Of a DNA stretch of 64,000 nt, positions 6,825 to 17,006 are shown in pieces; positions within the stretch are counted from its first letter, which is position 1, and the number at the start of each line of letters is the position of its first letter. The stretch is from an uncultured delta proteobacterium (GTDB lineage Bacteria; Desulfobacterota; Syntrophia; Syntrophales; Smithellaceae): assembly GCA_963726395.1 (NCBI GenBank), contig CAVSCG010000022.1, positions 8,345-72,344 of the forward strand, given 5' to 3'. Below the pieces are notes generated by a model that made no database searches, was not told where the DNA came from, and worked only from the letters and a program-made list of their open reading frames with translations. A program made the translations under genes and the position numbers.

Positions 6825-8891
6825 TTATCGAAATAACTCTTCTTTTTCTTCAGTTACTTCTTCAGTTTCCATCTTTTCGCTGGGCGGGGCGTTATCCAAA
6901 AAGCATTCATAGATGGTTCCCGGACCCGAGCCTGAAGTCGCCACGCCGGTTCGGTGATCCACCTTGACAAAAACAATGCCTTCCGGAACGGGGAAGGCCT
7001 CCACCGGCTTGCCCTGCGTGGCCTTTTCCATAAAGTAGAGCCAGATAGGCGCCGCAGCACGACCGCCCACTTCATTTTTTCCCAGAGATTTTTCCTGATC
7101 AAAACCAATCCAGACGCCGGTAATCAGAGACGGCGTAAACCCGATAAACCAAGCGTCGCGGATATCATTGGTTGTTCCGGTCTTGCCGGCAACCGGCCGG
7201 CCAATGCTTTTCACTCTGCGGCCCGTGCCGCTTTCCACAACGTCCTGCATTACATAGGTCGTCATAAAGGCAATGCGGGGGTCAATGACTTGCTCCTCCT
7301 GCACTTTGGCTTCTTCAAAAACATTGCCCGTGCGGTCAACAATTTGGCGGATGAAGTAAGGCGTGACTTTTTTCCCCTGGTTGGCCAAAACATCATAGGC
7401 GCGGACCATTTCCTGCAAGGTAACACCCGATGATCCCAGCGCCAGGGATAGATTCCTGGCCAGCGGTGATTCAATCCCCATATTGGCAGCGTAAGAGGTG
7501 GCGTAATCGATTCCAATTTCCTGTAAGATCTTAACGGTAACGACATTGCGGGATTGGACCAGGGCCGTCCTCATGGTAATGGGCCCCAGGAATTTTTCGT
7601 CAAAGTTTTTCGGTTTCCAAAGACCATCTTCCTGCGATGGGTCTGCAAAAACAATCGGAGAGTCCACAAACCGTGTGGACGGGTTCAGCCCTTTATCAAA
7701 CGCCGCTGTATAGATCAGCGGTTTAAAAGCAGAGCCCGGTTGACGGCGTGACTGAGTCGCCCGGTTGAACTCGCTTTTGTTGAAATCTCGCCCTCCGACC
7801 AGAGCGCGTATCGCGCCGGTTTTAACATCCATACAATAAAGCGCGCCCTGCACCAGGCCTTTCTGGTATTTGCCCCGTGCTTCCATTTCCGTCAGGCCCT
7901 TGATGACCGCGTCGCGGGCCGCTTTTTGCGCCGACAGATTCAGGGTAGTGTAAATGGTTAACCCTTCCTTGTAGAGGATGTCCGCGCCGTATTTCTCCTG
8001 CACATAACGGCGGACGTGTTCGACAAAATATGCGGCGACTTTGTCCTTGGGTTTCATGGGCCTCAGTTTCAAAGGAGCGGCGACAGCCTGATCCATTTGT
8101 TCTTTGGTAATAAAGCCTTCTTCCATCATGCGGGTCAACACGTAAGCCTGTCTTTGTTTCGCGCGATCGAAGTACAGAAACGGAGAATAGGTGGTGGGCG
8201 CTTTCGGCAAACCGGCAAGGAGTGCGGCCTCCGGTAACGTCAGATCCTTGGCGCTTTTGCCGAAGTAACCAATCGATGCCGATTCAATGCCATAGGTACC
8301 GTGCCCTAAGTAAATCTGATTAAGATACAAGTTCAGGATTTCATCTTTGGTCAGATATTTGTCAATTCGATAAGAAAGAATGGCCTCCTTCAATTTTCGA
8401 ATGTATTTTCTTTCCGGTGTCAAATACATCAGTTTAGCGACCTGTTGCGTAATAGTGCTTCCGCCCTGCACAATTTTACCCGCTTCGACATTTTTAAACA
8501 ACGCGCGGAAAATACTTTGCAGATCGAATCCCTGATGCCGGTAAAAGCGGGAATCTTCCGCCGCGACAAAAGCATGCTGGATGATTTTAGGAACTTCAGA
8601 AATCTTAACCATCTTTCTGTCTTCCAGAAAGAACTCATCAATCAGGTCGTTATTTTCGTCAAGGACACGGGAAGCAATGCTGGGACGGTAATCCTTGAGT
8701 GCGTCAATTCCCGGCAAGTCCAGGGTCATGACGTAGTAGGCAAAGGTTCCGCCGACGGTTGTAAGCAGAATTAAAAAAAACACAACCAATAAAACGGTGA
8801 GGACTTTGGACAGTTTGGCGCCTTGTCCCGGTTGTTCTATCTTTTTTTTGCGTATAGACATGGCCTTAATACCTATTCTCATGCGCGCCAT
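6825..8891 (-). CDS. mrcA: penicillin-binding protein 1A (bifunctional transglycosylase/transpeptidase); reads in frame with upstream tatC in this assembly
   Basis: Starting at MARMRIGIKAMSIRKKK: TM helix, GT51 motifs (EDSRFYRHQGFD, GGSTITQQVAK), then the transpeptidase module (SAFKP, SRN, KTGTT). Confidence 0.85.
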   Translation of the reverse strand: MARMRIGIKAMSIRKKKIEQPGQGAKLSKVLTVLLVVFFLILLTTVGGTFAYYVMTLDLPGIDALKDYRPSIASRVLDENNDLIDEFFLEDRKMVKISEVPKIIQHAFVAAEDSRFYRHQGFDLQSIFRALFKNVEAGKIVQGGSTITQQVAKLMYLTPERKYIRKLKEAILSYRIDKYLTKDEILNLYLNQIYLGHGTYGIESASIGYFGKSAKDLTLPEAALLAGLPKAPTTYSPFLYFDRAKQRQAYVLTRMMEEGFITKEQMDQAVAAPLKLRPMKPKDKVAAYFVEHVRRYVQEKYGADILYKEGLTIYTTLNLSAQKAARDAVIKGLTEMEARGKYQKGLVQGALYCMDVKTGAIRALVGGRDFNKSEFNRATQSRRQPGSAFKPLIYTAAFDKGLNPSTRFVDSPIVFADPSQEDGLWKPKNFDEKFLGPITMRTALVQSRNVVTVKILQEIGIDYATSYAANMGIESPLARNLSLALGSSGVTLQEMVRAYDVLANQGKKVTPYFIRQIVDRTGNVFEEAKVQEEQVIDPRIAFMTTYVMQDVVESGTGRRVKSIGRPVAGKTGTTNDIRDAWFIGFTPSLITGVWIGFDQEKSLGKNEVGGRAAAPIWLYFMEKATQGKPVEAFPVPEGIVFVKVDHRTGVATSGSGPGTIYECFLDNAPPSEKMETEEVTEEKEELFR

Positions 8892-9647
8892 ATCAATGGA
8901 TTTTGTGAGGATTTCTTTTTTCTTGGCGGCAAACTTCGCCACAAATATGCTCACTTCATAAAGAAACAGCAAGGGAATCGCCATCAAAATCTGGCTTAGG
9001 GCATCCGGCGAAGGCGTAAGAATCGCAGCAGCAATAAACATCAACAAGATGGCATACTTTCTGTATTTGGAAAGCAGTTTGTCGTTGACGATGCCCAGTT
9101 TCGCCAAAAAGAAAATTAAAATCGGCAACTGGAAGGACAACCCGAATCCCAGTAAAAACTTGATAAAAAGCGAAAGATATTCATTGAATGAAATCATAGC
9201 CTGCAAATATTGATTGTTGAAACTGACAAAAAATTTAAACGCTGGAGGCAGGACGACAAAATAGCCGAAAGTGATGCCGCTCAGAAAAAGCAGTGTGGAA
9301 GACAAGACAAAGGGCACCACGTACTTTTTTTCTTGAGGAAGCAGCGCCGGCGAGATAAATTTCCACACCTGATAAAAGATGAAAGGGCTGGTTAGAATCA
9401 GGGAAGCAAAAAAAGCGACTTTCATGTAGGTGAAAAAAGCCTGGGTCAGGCCGGTGTAAATCAGATAGCTGCTTTTGGGAAGGGCGTCGGTTAAAGGCTT
9501 GGTAATGACGGCGAACAGCCAATCTTTAAAATAATAGCAGACGAAAAAGCCAATTCCCACGGCAATCAAAGCGTTGGTCAGCCTCTTGCGCAGTTCAATC
9601 AAATGTTCAGTCAAAGACATTTTGAGATCTTCGTTGGTTTCCATCAT
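8892..9647 (-). CDS. tatC: twin-arginine translocase subunit TatC (no stop codon before the PBP1A coding region as assembled)
   Basis: N-terminal 252 aa of ORF 6825-9647: MSLTEHLIELRKRL..., six predicted TM segments, TatC-like throughout. Adding one base to the T6 run at 8916-8921 gives ...AAKKKRNPHKIH-TGA at 8895-8893, 1 nt before the PBP1A ATG. Confidence 0.8.
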
Positions 9648-9680
9648 GTGCCGTTTTGCTGAGTGTTGAAATTTTAGAAG

Positions 9681-9965
9681 TTATGTCGGATTTTGTTTAT
9701 TCCCGGTATCATTCCCGGCTGTCTTTGTTTCTTCCGATTCGGGCTTTTTTAAAAGAAGAGAATCTTTCAGACCATCATCGGGTTTGGTTTTATCTTCTTC
9801 TTTCAAGGCGTCTTTTAGATCTTCGCTGACGCCCTCGGTTGCATTTTTAAAATCTCTAAAGCCTTTGCCCAGCGTTTTGGCCAGATCGGGTAGCTTTTTT
9901 GGCCCGACGATTAAAAGCGCGATGATTGCGATGATAATCAGTTCCTGCACGCCGATACCAAACAT
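9681..9965 (-). CDS. tatA: twin-arginine translocase TatA/TatB-family protein
   Basis: 94 aa. MFGIGVQELIIIAIIALLIVGPKKLPDLAKTLGKGFRDFK is the TM helix plus amphipathic helix signature. Adjacent to tatC. Confidence 0.85.
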   Translation of the reverse strand: MFGIGVQELIIIAIIALLIVGPKKLPDLAKTLGKGFRDFKNATEGVSEDLKDALKEEDKTKPDDGLKDSLLLKKPESEETKTAGNDTGNKQNPT

Positions 9966-10152
9966 AGCTTGACAGCTCCTTTAAATATTGAGCTCTACCT
10001 ATATATTGATTGCAGTTTTTGTCAATGTTTTTCACAAAAACCGGATACTGTGATCAAGCTCAACTTACCTATTAAATTTGAATGATCAAGATTTCCTCCA
10101 ATCTTAACTTTTACATCTTGACTGCGTATTATCCATCTTATAATCCATCCAC

Positions 10153-10656
10153 ATGACTCTTGACGAACAAATGACCGAACTGACGCGAATGAGTTCGGTT
10201 AGAATACTGTATTGGGCGCGTCCGGCCGTTGTTGTGCTATCTGCGGGTTTAGTGCTGGCCGGCACTTTTACCGGCAATCCGGTGTTCTATGGGATTGCGC
10301 TTGCTTTTGCTCTCATCGCGTTTGCGATCTGGAATACAACCCCGCACATCAGCAATGCCGCCAGAGGTTTAAGGGAGGGTATGAAACAAAATGGCGATGT
10401 CGAGATCAGCATTCATCAGTGGACAGACGCGGAATCAAATCAATGTGAATCCTACAACGGGCTGATTTTAATGGATAACCAGACTCTGTGGCAAATGGAA
10501 TTTGTGCAGCCTCAGAACTGGCAGCCCAAAGAGGGCCGTTATCCGGCCGAACTGGTCTTTATTCGTGGTGTAGAGTGGCCGGTTGTTCTTCTCACCAGCG
10601 ACGGCCTGTTATATCCCCGCCTAAAACCCAGGCGCGTACCTGGTGGTCAAAGATAA
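10153..10656 (+). CDS. hypothetical membrane protein
   Basis: 167-aa ORF with two predicted TM helices. I recognise no motif. Confidence 0.45.
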   Translation: MTLDEQMTELTRMSSVRILYWARPAVVVLSAGLVLAGTFTGNPVFYGIALAFALIAFAIWNTTPHISNAARGLREGMKQNGDVEISIHQWTDAESNQCESYNGLILMDNQTLWQMEFVQPQNWQPKEGRYPAELVFIRGVEWPVVLLTSDGLLYPRLKPRRVPGGQR

Positions 10657-10745
10657 CTCAGAGCCTCCCGGAACAATAAATAACTTTACAAAACTCCCAA
10701 CTCCATTTATCACGTAATCAAAAAGGTTATCAGAAATAGGATGGC

Positions 10746-12008
10746 ATGGGGAAAATACTGTTGGCGATATTTCTTATCTTATTTATTGGGCGCATGGCCT
10801 TGCGCTATTTCTTGCAGTGGCTCAATATGAAAAATTTGAAAGTGCACGGTAAGGAAATACCGCCGGTTTTTGAAGGCGAGATTGACGAAGCAACATTGAA
10901 CAAGATGGTGGACTATACCTATGATCAATCGCGCCTGGAGGCTAGGGAAAATCTGGTCAGCGACATCATTGAGCTTGCGGTGTTATTTCTTTTGCTGCCG
11001 CTGTTGGTGGTTTGGCTTACCGGAATGAATCTCAATATTATCGGACAGGCGCTGATCTTTTTTGCCGCGCTGGCTGTCATCAGTGGAATTGCCGGTCTGC
11101 CGTTTGATTTGTATCACACCTTTGTGCTGGAGCGGAAATACGGATTTTCCACCATCACCTGGAAATTGTGGCTTGCTGATCTTTTTAAATCCCTACTGAT
11201 TTCCGCAATCATGATGGCGATTATCGTCAGCGCTTTGATCGCATTCATTACGTATCTTCCGAAAAGTTGGTGGTTCTGGGGATGGGCGTTTTTTACTTTA
11301 TTCCAGCTTGTGATGTTGTGGCTCTACCCGGTGTTGATAGCGCCGCTCTTTAATAAATTTGAACCAATCCAGGATGAGTCGCTCAAGGAAAAAATCATGG
11401 CATTACTTTCCAAAGCCGGTCTCCAAGCCAAAGGTATTTATCAGGTGGACGAAGGCAAGCGCTCCAAACACACAAACGCCTATTTTACCGGCATGGGGAA
11501 AACCAAGCGTATTGTTTTGTATGATACGCTGCTTTCCTCGCATACGCAGGAGGAAATTGTATCGGTATTGGCGCATGAAATCGGCCATTGGAAAAAGAAA
11601 CATATCCTCAAGCAACTGGCATTCATGGTTCTCGCTTCGCTGATTCTGTTTTATCTCGTTTATCTGATAGTGAGTTGGCCGCCTCTTTACGGAGCATTCG
11701 GCATGATCCAGACTCCTGTTTACGCCGGCCTGTTTCTGGTTTCTTTATACCTTGCCGCTGGCGGATTTTTCTTCAGTCCCGCAGGCTCCGCCATTACACG
11801 CCATTTTGAGCGCGAAGCCGACCGGATGGCTTTTGACTTGACCGGCACGGCAAAACCCATGGTCAGCGCGCTCAAACGCCTGGCCAAAGATAATTTAAGC
11901 AATCTCCATCCTCATCCCTGGTATGTTCGGTTTTATTATTCTCATCCGCCGCTGACTGAACGTATTGAATATTTACAGGCAATGGATGATAAAAACGGCA
12001 AACCTTAA
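10746..12008 (+). CDS. M48-family zinc metalloprotease (Ste24/CAAX-prenyl-protease-like)
   Basis: 420 aa, multi-TM, with an HEIGHWKKKH (HExxH) motif and a downstream E...ADRMA element. Confidence 0.85.
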   Translation: MGKILLAIFLILFIGRMALRYFLQWLNMKNLKVHGKEIPPVFEGEIDEATLNKMVDYTYDQSRLEARENLVSDIIELAVLFLLLPLLVVWLTGMNLNIIGQALIFFAALAVISGIAGLPFDLYHTFVLERKYGFSTITWKLWLADLFKSLLISAIMMAIIVSALIAFITYLPKSWWFWGWAFFTLFQLVMLWLYPVLIAPLFNKFEPIQDESLKEKIMALLSKAGLQAKGIYQVDEGKRSKHTNAYFTGMGKTKRIVLYDTLLSSHTQEEIVSVLAHEIGHWKKKHILKQLAFMVLASLILFYLVYLIVSWPPLYGAFGMIQTPVYAGLFLVSLYLAAGGFFFSPAGSAITRHFEREADRMAFDLTGTAKPMVSALKRLAKDNLSNLHPHPWYVRFYYSHPPLTERIEYLQAMDDKNGKP

Positions 12009-12020
12009 GGAGTCTCCAGT

Positions 12021-12512
12021 ATGCCCATTTACGAATTTTACTGCAAAAAATGTAACACGATATATAATTTCTTTTCCAAATCGGTCAATACCAGCAAAGT
12101 TCCTTCCTGTCCGAAGTGTAAAAACGTAACACTTGCGCGCCAGATGTCCGTGTTTGCGGCGATTACCGGCTCAGGAAGAGACGATGCCGCGGATGATCCT
12201 TTGAGCGGCCTTGATGAAAGCAAAATGGAAAAAGCCATGATGCAGTTCGCGGCGGAAGCGGAAAAAATGAAAGACGATGATCCTCAAGCCGCGGCAAAAC
12301 TGATGCGAAAATTATCGGAAACGACCGGGATGAAGCTGGGTGAAGGTTTTCAGGAAGCCCTCCAGCGCCTGGAGGCAGGCGATGATCCGGATAAAATCGA
12401 TGAAGAAATGGGGGATATTCTATCGGCTGAGGATCCATTCGGGAAAAAGCAGGGTGGCAAAGCAACAGCCTTCCGTAAACCCCGCAAAGATGAAACGTTG
12501 TATGACCTCTAA
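12021..12512 (+). CDS. FmdB-family zinc-ribbon protein
   Basis: N-terminus MPIYEFYCKKCN...CPKCK (CxxC-N-CxxC) followed by an acidic low-complexity tail. Confidence 0.75.
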   Translation: MPIYEFYCKKCNTIYNFFSKSVNTSKVPSCPKCKNVTLARQMSVFAAITGSGRDDAADDPLSGLDESKMEKAMMQFAAEAEKMKDDDPQAAAKLMRKLSETTGMKLGEGFQEALQRLEAGDDPDKIDEEMGDILSAEDPFGKKQGGKATAFRKPRKDETLYDL

Positions 12513-12585
12513 ACCGGTGGAAGTGATGCGATGATGATGAACATGAATTCCATAAAGCATTTTATCATTACAACAAGTTTATTTT

Positions 12586-12867
12586 TCATTTTTTAAATAA
12601 AGCTTGAAGCTTGTCTTTGGGATTTGCAGGCAGTGTGTTTACCTTTCCCTCGGTGACTTTGAATCTGAAGTAATCGCAAAAGTTGAAGCGGCTTTTGTCC
12701 AGGACTCGTTCTGCTTGCCCCTCCCGGCAATCATTATAGACGCCGCGCTCATAAAAGGCGCAATTCAGGCAGCAGTGAAGATCGGCTTTGCAGAAACAAC
12801 ACTGCTCCTGCCTGCCGATAAATTGATCGGTGGGAATTTCTTTTTGGCAATGATGACACATCTTCAT
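12586..12867 (-). CDS. small cysteine-rich hypothetical protein
   Basis: 93 aa with 11 Cys (CHHC, CCFC, CCLNC). Confidence 0.5.
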   Translation of the reverse strand: MKMCHHCQKEIPTDQFIGRQEQCCFCKADLHCCLNCAFYERGVYNDCREGQAERVLDKSRFNFCDYFRFKVTEGKVNTLPANPKDKLQALFKK

Positions 12868-13021
12868 GGTTGCAAGAATACAGGCAACGCGAAATTCTTG
12901 TCAAGTGACTTTCAAGGGCTTTATCCGTTTTGTTAAACGTCCCTGTCATTTAAACGTGAAATCCCAGGCGGGATGTGATATGGCATGCATCACTTGCATC
13001 CCTGTTACTTCGGAGGTTGTT

Positions 13022-13495
13022 ATGGCGGATAAATCGAAACTCGGCATAGAGTTCCCACTTTATTCCCTTAAAGTTGAAAAAAACAAAATCGCTGAATTTG
13101 CCGCGGCTGTTGCACAGAAGGAAGACACGGATCACATTAAAGCAATTTATCGCGATGTCGATGCGGCTAAAAACGCCGGCTATGAAAACATTCCTGTCCC
13201 TCCGACTTTCCCCACCAGTTTTGTTTTCTGGACAGGTGGTGGCTTGTTGAGCATCGTTAACGCGGTGGGCGCTGATTTGAGCAAGCTGTTGCACAGCGAG
13301 GAAGACTACGAATATTTTGCGCCGATCTGCGCGGAAGATGTCATTACCCGCAAAATGAAAGTTATGGATATGTATGACAAGGGTAAAAAAGAAAGAAAAG
13401 GTAGGTATGCTCAAGTGACCATCCTGGAAACGGAATTAATCAATCAAAGAGGAGAATTGGTTGTCAAGGCGCGCACAGCTTTTATAGAAAGATAG
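13022..13495 (+). CDS. MaoC-like dehydratase, N-terminal-type hot-dog subunit
   Basis: GGAGG RBS plus ATG at 13022. MADKSKLGIEF...PVPPTFPTSF is typical of the FAS1-like dehydratase (UPF0336) family. Paired with the next gene, as in HadA/HadB-type enzymes. Confidence 0.7.
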   Translation: MADKSKLGIEFPLYSLKVEKNKIAEFAAAVAQKEDTDHIKAIYRDVDAAKNAGYENIPVPPTFPTSFVFWTGGGLLSIVNAVGADLSKLLHSEEDYEYFAPICAEDVITRKMKVMDMYDKGKKERKGRYAQVTILETELINQRGELVVKARTAFIER

Positions 13496-13505
13496 GAACG
13501 ACGAG

Positions 13506-13955
13506 ATGACCATTAACTTCGATGCGATTCAGGTTGGAGATGCCCTACCTGCTTTCACAGCCCTACCCATAACGCGAACACAACTCGTGCGCTATGCCGG
13601 AGCATCCGGCGATTTTAATCCCCTTCATCACGATGAGACCTTTGCCAAGATGATTGGCATGGATCATGTCATTGCCCATGGCATGTTTATTATGGGTATC
13701 GCAGGCGAAGCCATCACCTCTTGGATCGATAATAAATATTTGAGAAGATTTTCCGTGCATTTTCTCAGTATGACTCAACCGGTTAATCTGGATGATTTTG
13801 AAAACACAAAAGGCCGGGCAATCATCACCGTGAGCGGCAAAGTGATCGAGAAGTATGAAGAAAACGGCGAGAAAAGAATCCATTGTGAGATTATTGCCCA
13901 GGATGCGCAAGGCAGCAGAAAACTCTCGGGTTTTTTCGTGGCCGCATTGCCCTGA
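13506..13955 (+). CDS. MaoC-family (R)-specific enoyl-CoA hydratase/dehydratase subunit
   Basis: 149 aa with the GASGDFNPLHHDETFAK hydratase-2 motif. Confidence 0.8.
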   Translation: MTINFDAIQVGDALPAFTALPITRTQLVRYAGASGDFNPLHHDETFAKMIGMDHVIAHGMFIMGIAGEAITSWIDNKYLRRFSVHFLSMTQPVNLDDFENTKGRAIITVSGKVIEKYEENGEKRIHCEIIAQDAQGSRKLSGFFVAALP

Positions 13956-13990
13956 TATTTTTTTTCTCACGGATTCCAGCAGGTGTTTTT

Positions 13991-15322
13991 ATGAAAGCCC
14001 GTATATTAGTTATTGATGATGACGCCGTCGCTTGTGAATTTCTTCAGGAAGTTCTTCTCCGTGAAGGATACAACGTCACCACGCTTACCTCCGCCCTCGC
14101 CGCTCTTGAACAAAACCTGTCCGAATACGATTTACTGATGTCTGACATTCGTATGCCCGGCATGGATGGTCTGCAATTCTTAGGCGAAGTTCAAAAAAAA
14201 TGGCCAAAGCTGCCCGTCATCCTGATGACCGCTTACGGTTCTCTGGAAACCACCATGGAGGCGATCAGATTAGGCGCATGGGATTATATCAGCAAACCCT
14301 TTTCGCCTGAAGATTGCCGTGCGCTCGTTAAAAAAGTTCTGGAAGTACGTAAGTTACGTGAGCGACGGTCGAATGGACCGTCGGAAGCCATCGAAGAGGC
14401 GAAGCTGATTGGTTCTTCTCCCGCCATGGTTGAGTTTTATAAACAAATTGCCCGTGTCGCCGATTCCCAAGCCAGTGTGCTCATTGAAGGCGAAAGCGGC
14501 ACCGGCAAGGAACTGACCGCACGTTCCCTGCATTATATGTCGTCACGCCGCCTTTTGCCTTTTGTGGTTGTGCATTGCGGTGCAATTCCCGACAACTTAC
14601 TCGAATCGGAACTTTTCGGCTACGAGAGAGGATCCTTTACCGGTGCGGATCACCAGCATACAGGTCTGATTGAGTCCGCGCAGGGCGGCACCATTTTTCT
14701 GGATGAAATCACTGAAATGTCCACAGCGCTGCAAAGCAAATTTTTGCGGTTTATGCAAGATGGCGAAGTACGCAGAATTGGTGGGCATGAAGTGCGCCAT
14801 GTTGCGGTTCGTGTAGTCGCGGCCGCCAATAAAAATATTGATGACGAGGTCAGTTCAGGCGGTTTCCGTCTGGATCTCCTGTATCGCTTCATTGTGCGGC
14901 TGAACATTCCTCCTTTACGGGAACGCCGAGACGATATCCCCTTGCTGATCGAGACCCTGCTGAAGAAATTGGGCTATCCCGGTGTGCGAATCTCACCTGA
15001 AGCCATGGAATTACTCATGGCCTATGACTGGCCGGGCAATGTACGCGAGCTGGAAAATGTTTTGCAGCAGACCCTGCTGCTTTCTCCTTTTGTGATTATT
15101 CTGCCGGAAAATTTGCCGGACCGGTTCCGGCAAAAGGAGGAAACGAAAAAGAGCAACGGCATGTCGGATATGACGCCGCTGGAGGAAGTGCAACGGGAGC
15201 AAATTCTTCAGACCCTCAAAGAAACTTCCTGGAATCAATCCAAGGCTGCCGAGATTTTGGGCATTGACCGCAAAACATTGCGTATGAAAATCCGTCGCTA
15301 TGGCCTGCAAGATGAAAAATAA
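13991..15322 (+). CDS. sigma-54-dependent response regulator (NtrC family)
   Basis: Receiver domain (DDD...SDIRMPGMDG), AAA+ domain (GESGTGKE, GSFTGA, ESELFGYE), and a C-terminal Fis-type HTH. Confidence 0.9.
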   Translation: MKARILVIDDDAVACEFLQEVLLREGYNVTTLTSALAALEQNLSEYDLLMSDIRMPGMDGLQFLGEVQKKWPKLPVILMTAYGSLETTMEAIRLGAWDYISKPFSPEDCRALVKKVLEVRKLRERRSNGPSEAIEEAKLIGSSPAMVEFYKQIARVADSQASVLIEGESGTGKELTARSLHYMSSRRLLPFVVVHCGAIPDNLLESELFGYERGSFTGADHQHTGLIESAQGGTIFLDEITEMSTALQSKFLRFMQDGEVRRIGGHEVRHVAVRVVAAANKNIDDEVSSGGFRLDLLYRFIVRLNIPPLRERRDDIPLLIETLLKKLGYPGVRISPEAMELLMAYDWPGNVRELENVLQQTLLLSPFVIILPENLPDRFRQKEETKKSNGMSDMTPLEEVQREQILQTLKETSWNQSKAAEILGIDRKTLRMKIRRYGLQDEK

Positions 15323-15334
15323 CAGTTCTTTTTC

Positions 15335-16879
15335 TTAATCAAGAATTTCATCGGCCATCCGCAAGTAAAGGATGACGGAAGTTCCGCTGCCGGGCGTGCT
15401 TTGAATTTCCATCTGGCCGCCATGCGCCTTGACGATATCACGCACAATGGCCAGCCCCAGGCCGCGCATTCCTTCGCCCTCATGGGAGCTGAAGAACGGT
15501 TCGCAGACTTTTTTCAAAAGATCAGCCCGAATGCCCTGTCCGTTATCGGTAATCAGGATTTTGCTGGTCTTTGCCGCCCGATCATCATCAGCGGATATGG
15601 TGATTTTGCCACCGTCGGGCATGGCATCAATGGAATTTTGAATGATATTCAAAAGAGCGGTCTGAATCCGGTAGCGATCAACGTATAAAGATGCGGCAGA
15701 CCGGTCAATCTGCACATCGATGGTCACGTGGTTCTTTTGTATCAGGGGCTCGACCAGCGGCAGCGTTTCGCTGAATATTTTATGCACGGTCATCAATTCA
15801 AAATGAGGTTCCGGAAGGCGCGTGGCTTTGCGGACATTTTGAATGACATTGTCCAGCCTTTGTGTCTGTTCGACGATCAAATTTAACTTATGCGCGACAT
15901 CCGGCGGCCAGCCTTCCCGCTCCAGCATCAGCTTGGCCAGTCCCGCGATGGAGTGAAGCGGCGTCCCTAAATCATGGGCCAGATTTGCCGTTAAATGTCC
16001 CAGGGCGGTTAATTGTTTCAGATGATCAACCTGTTTTTGCAGTTGAACGACATTGAGCGTTTCTTCGCGGACACGATCCGCCAAATGGCCGGTCAGATCA
16101 AGATTTCTGGCCATGACATTTTGAATTTCGTCGGCCATCCGGTTGAAATGGTCAGCCAGTTGTCCCCATTCATCCCGTCGAACAATGGGAATACGCTCAA
16201 CGTAGCGCCCTTTCTGAAATTCATCAATCGTTCCGATAATCAGCTTGAGCGGCCTGCCGATCATCCAACCATAGCTAATTCCCAACAGCAAAAGGATGGC
16301 CAGCAAAAGTCCGGCACTGCTGAAAAGCAGCAATTGTTGGGCGCGGCTCATGATTTCCGTATTCGCCCGTGAAAAAGCAATGATGCCGACAATAATGCGG
16401 GAATCTCTGGTTTCTCCGGAAACAGGATAGAGCAGGCCCAGCGACGGTCCCGCCTCCGTTTCCAGCTTGACATAACGGGATTTCCCTTTGGCGCTGACCT
16501 CGGCCACCATCTTATCCGGCCATTCATATTGAACTCGGCTGGCGCCGGCAACATAGTTGACATTTTTGCGTCGGATGTCGAAAATATCGATTCTGGCCAG
16601 ACGTACATCCGTTTGAATGTGGTCTTTCAATGCTGAATCGAGGGTGGCGATGCCTCGTTTGGTTGGGAAGTGCTGATAAAATGTGCTGACGGTTTCGGCG
16701 ACACCTTCCAGCCTTTTAACTTGTTGATCGACCAGGATTCCGTCCAGGGCGGTCAGTTGAATAACGCCCCAGATGGCCATGGTCACCGCCAGACCCGCCA
16801 CCGTCAGCGCAACAAGTCTGACCCGGACGGTCAAGTTGCTGTTGTAATCGATAATTTTTGCCAGCAAATTTTTCAACAT
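15335..16879 (-). CDS. sensor histidine kinase with periplasmic loop and HAMP domain
   Basis: 514 aa with 2 TM, HAMP, H-box (LAHDLGTPL), and N/G1/G2 boxes (DNGQGI, GLGLAI). Convergent with the regulator. Confidence 0.85.
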   Translation of the reverse strand: MLKNLLAKIIDYNSNLTVRVRLVALTVAGLAVTMAIWGVIQLTALDGILVDQQVKRLEGVAETVSTFYQHFPTKRGIATLDSALKDHIQTDVRLARIDIFDIRRKNVNYVAGASRVQYEWPDKMVAEVSAKGKSRYVKLETEAGPSLGLLYPVSGETRDSRIIVGIIAFSRANTEIMSRAQQLLLFSSAGLLLAILLLLGISYGWMIGRPLKLIIGTIDEFQKGRYVERIPIVRRDEWGQLADHFNRMADEIQNVMARNLDLTGHLADRVREETLNVVQLQKQVDHLKQLTALGHLTANLAHDLGTPLHSIAGLAKLMLEREGWPPDVAHKLNLIVEQTQRLDNVIQNVRKATRLPEPHFELMTVHKIFSETLPLVEPLIQKNHVTIDVQIDRSAASLYVDRYRIQTALLNIIQNSIDAMPDGGKITISADDDRAAKTSKILITDNGQGIRADLLKKVCEPFFSSHEGEGMRGLGLAIVRDIVKAHGGQMEIQSTPGSGTSVILYLRMADEILD

Positions 16880-16963
16880 AGCGAGAAAGTTTATAACAGA
16901 AAGAAATAAAATAAACCACGATGACTTTGATTAAAACAGGGAGTTTATCCAGGGTCAGGCGCA

Positions 16964-17000
16964 TAAAAAAAGGGATGGGTTTTCACCCATCCCTTTTTCT
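16964..17000. terminator. bidirectional intrinsic terminator
   Basis: A7-GGGATGGGT-tttc-ACCCATCCC-T5. It lies immediately after the stop of the 17007-17306 gene. Confidence 0.7.
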
Positions 17001-17006
17001 CGCATT

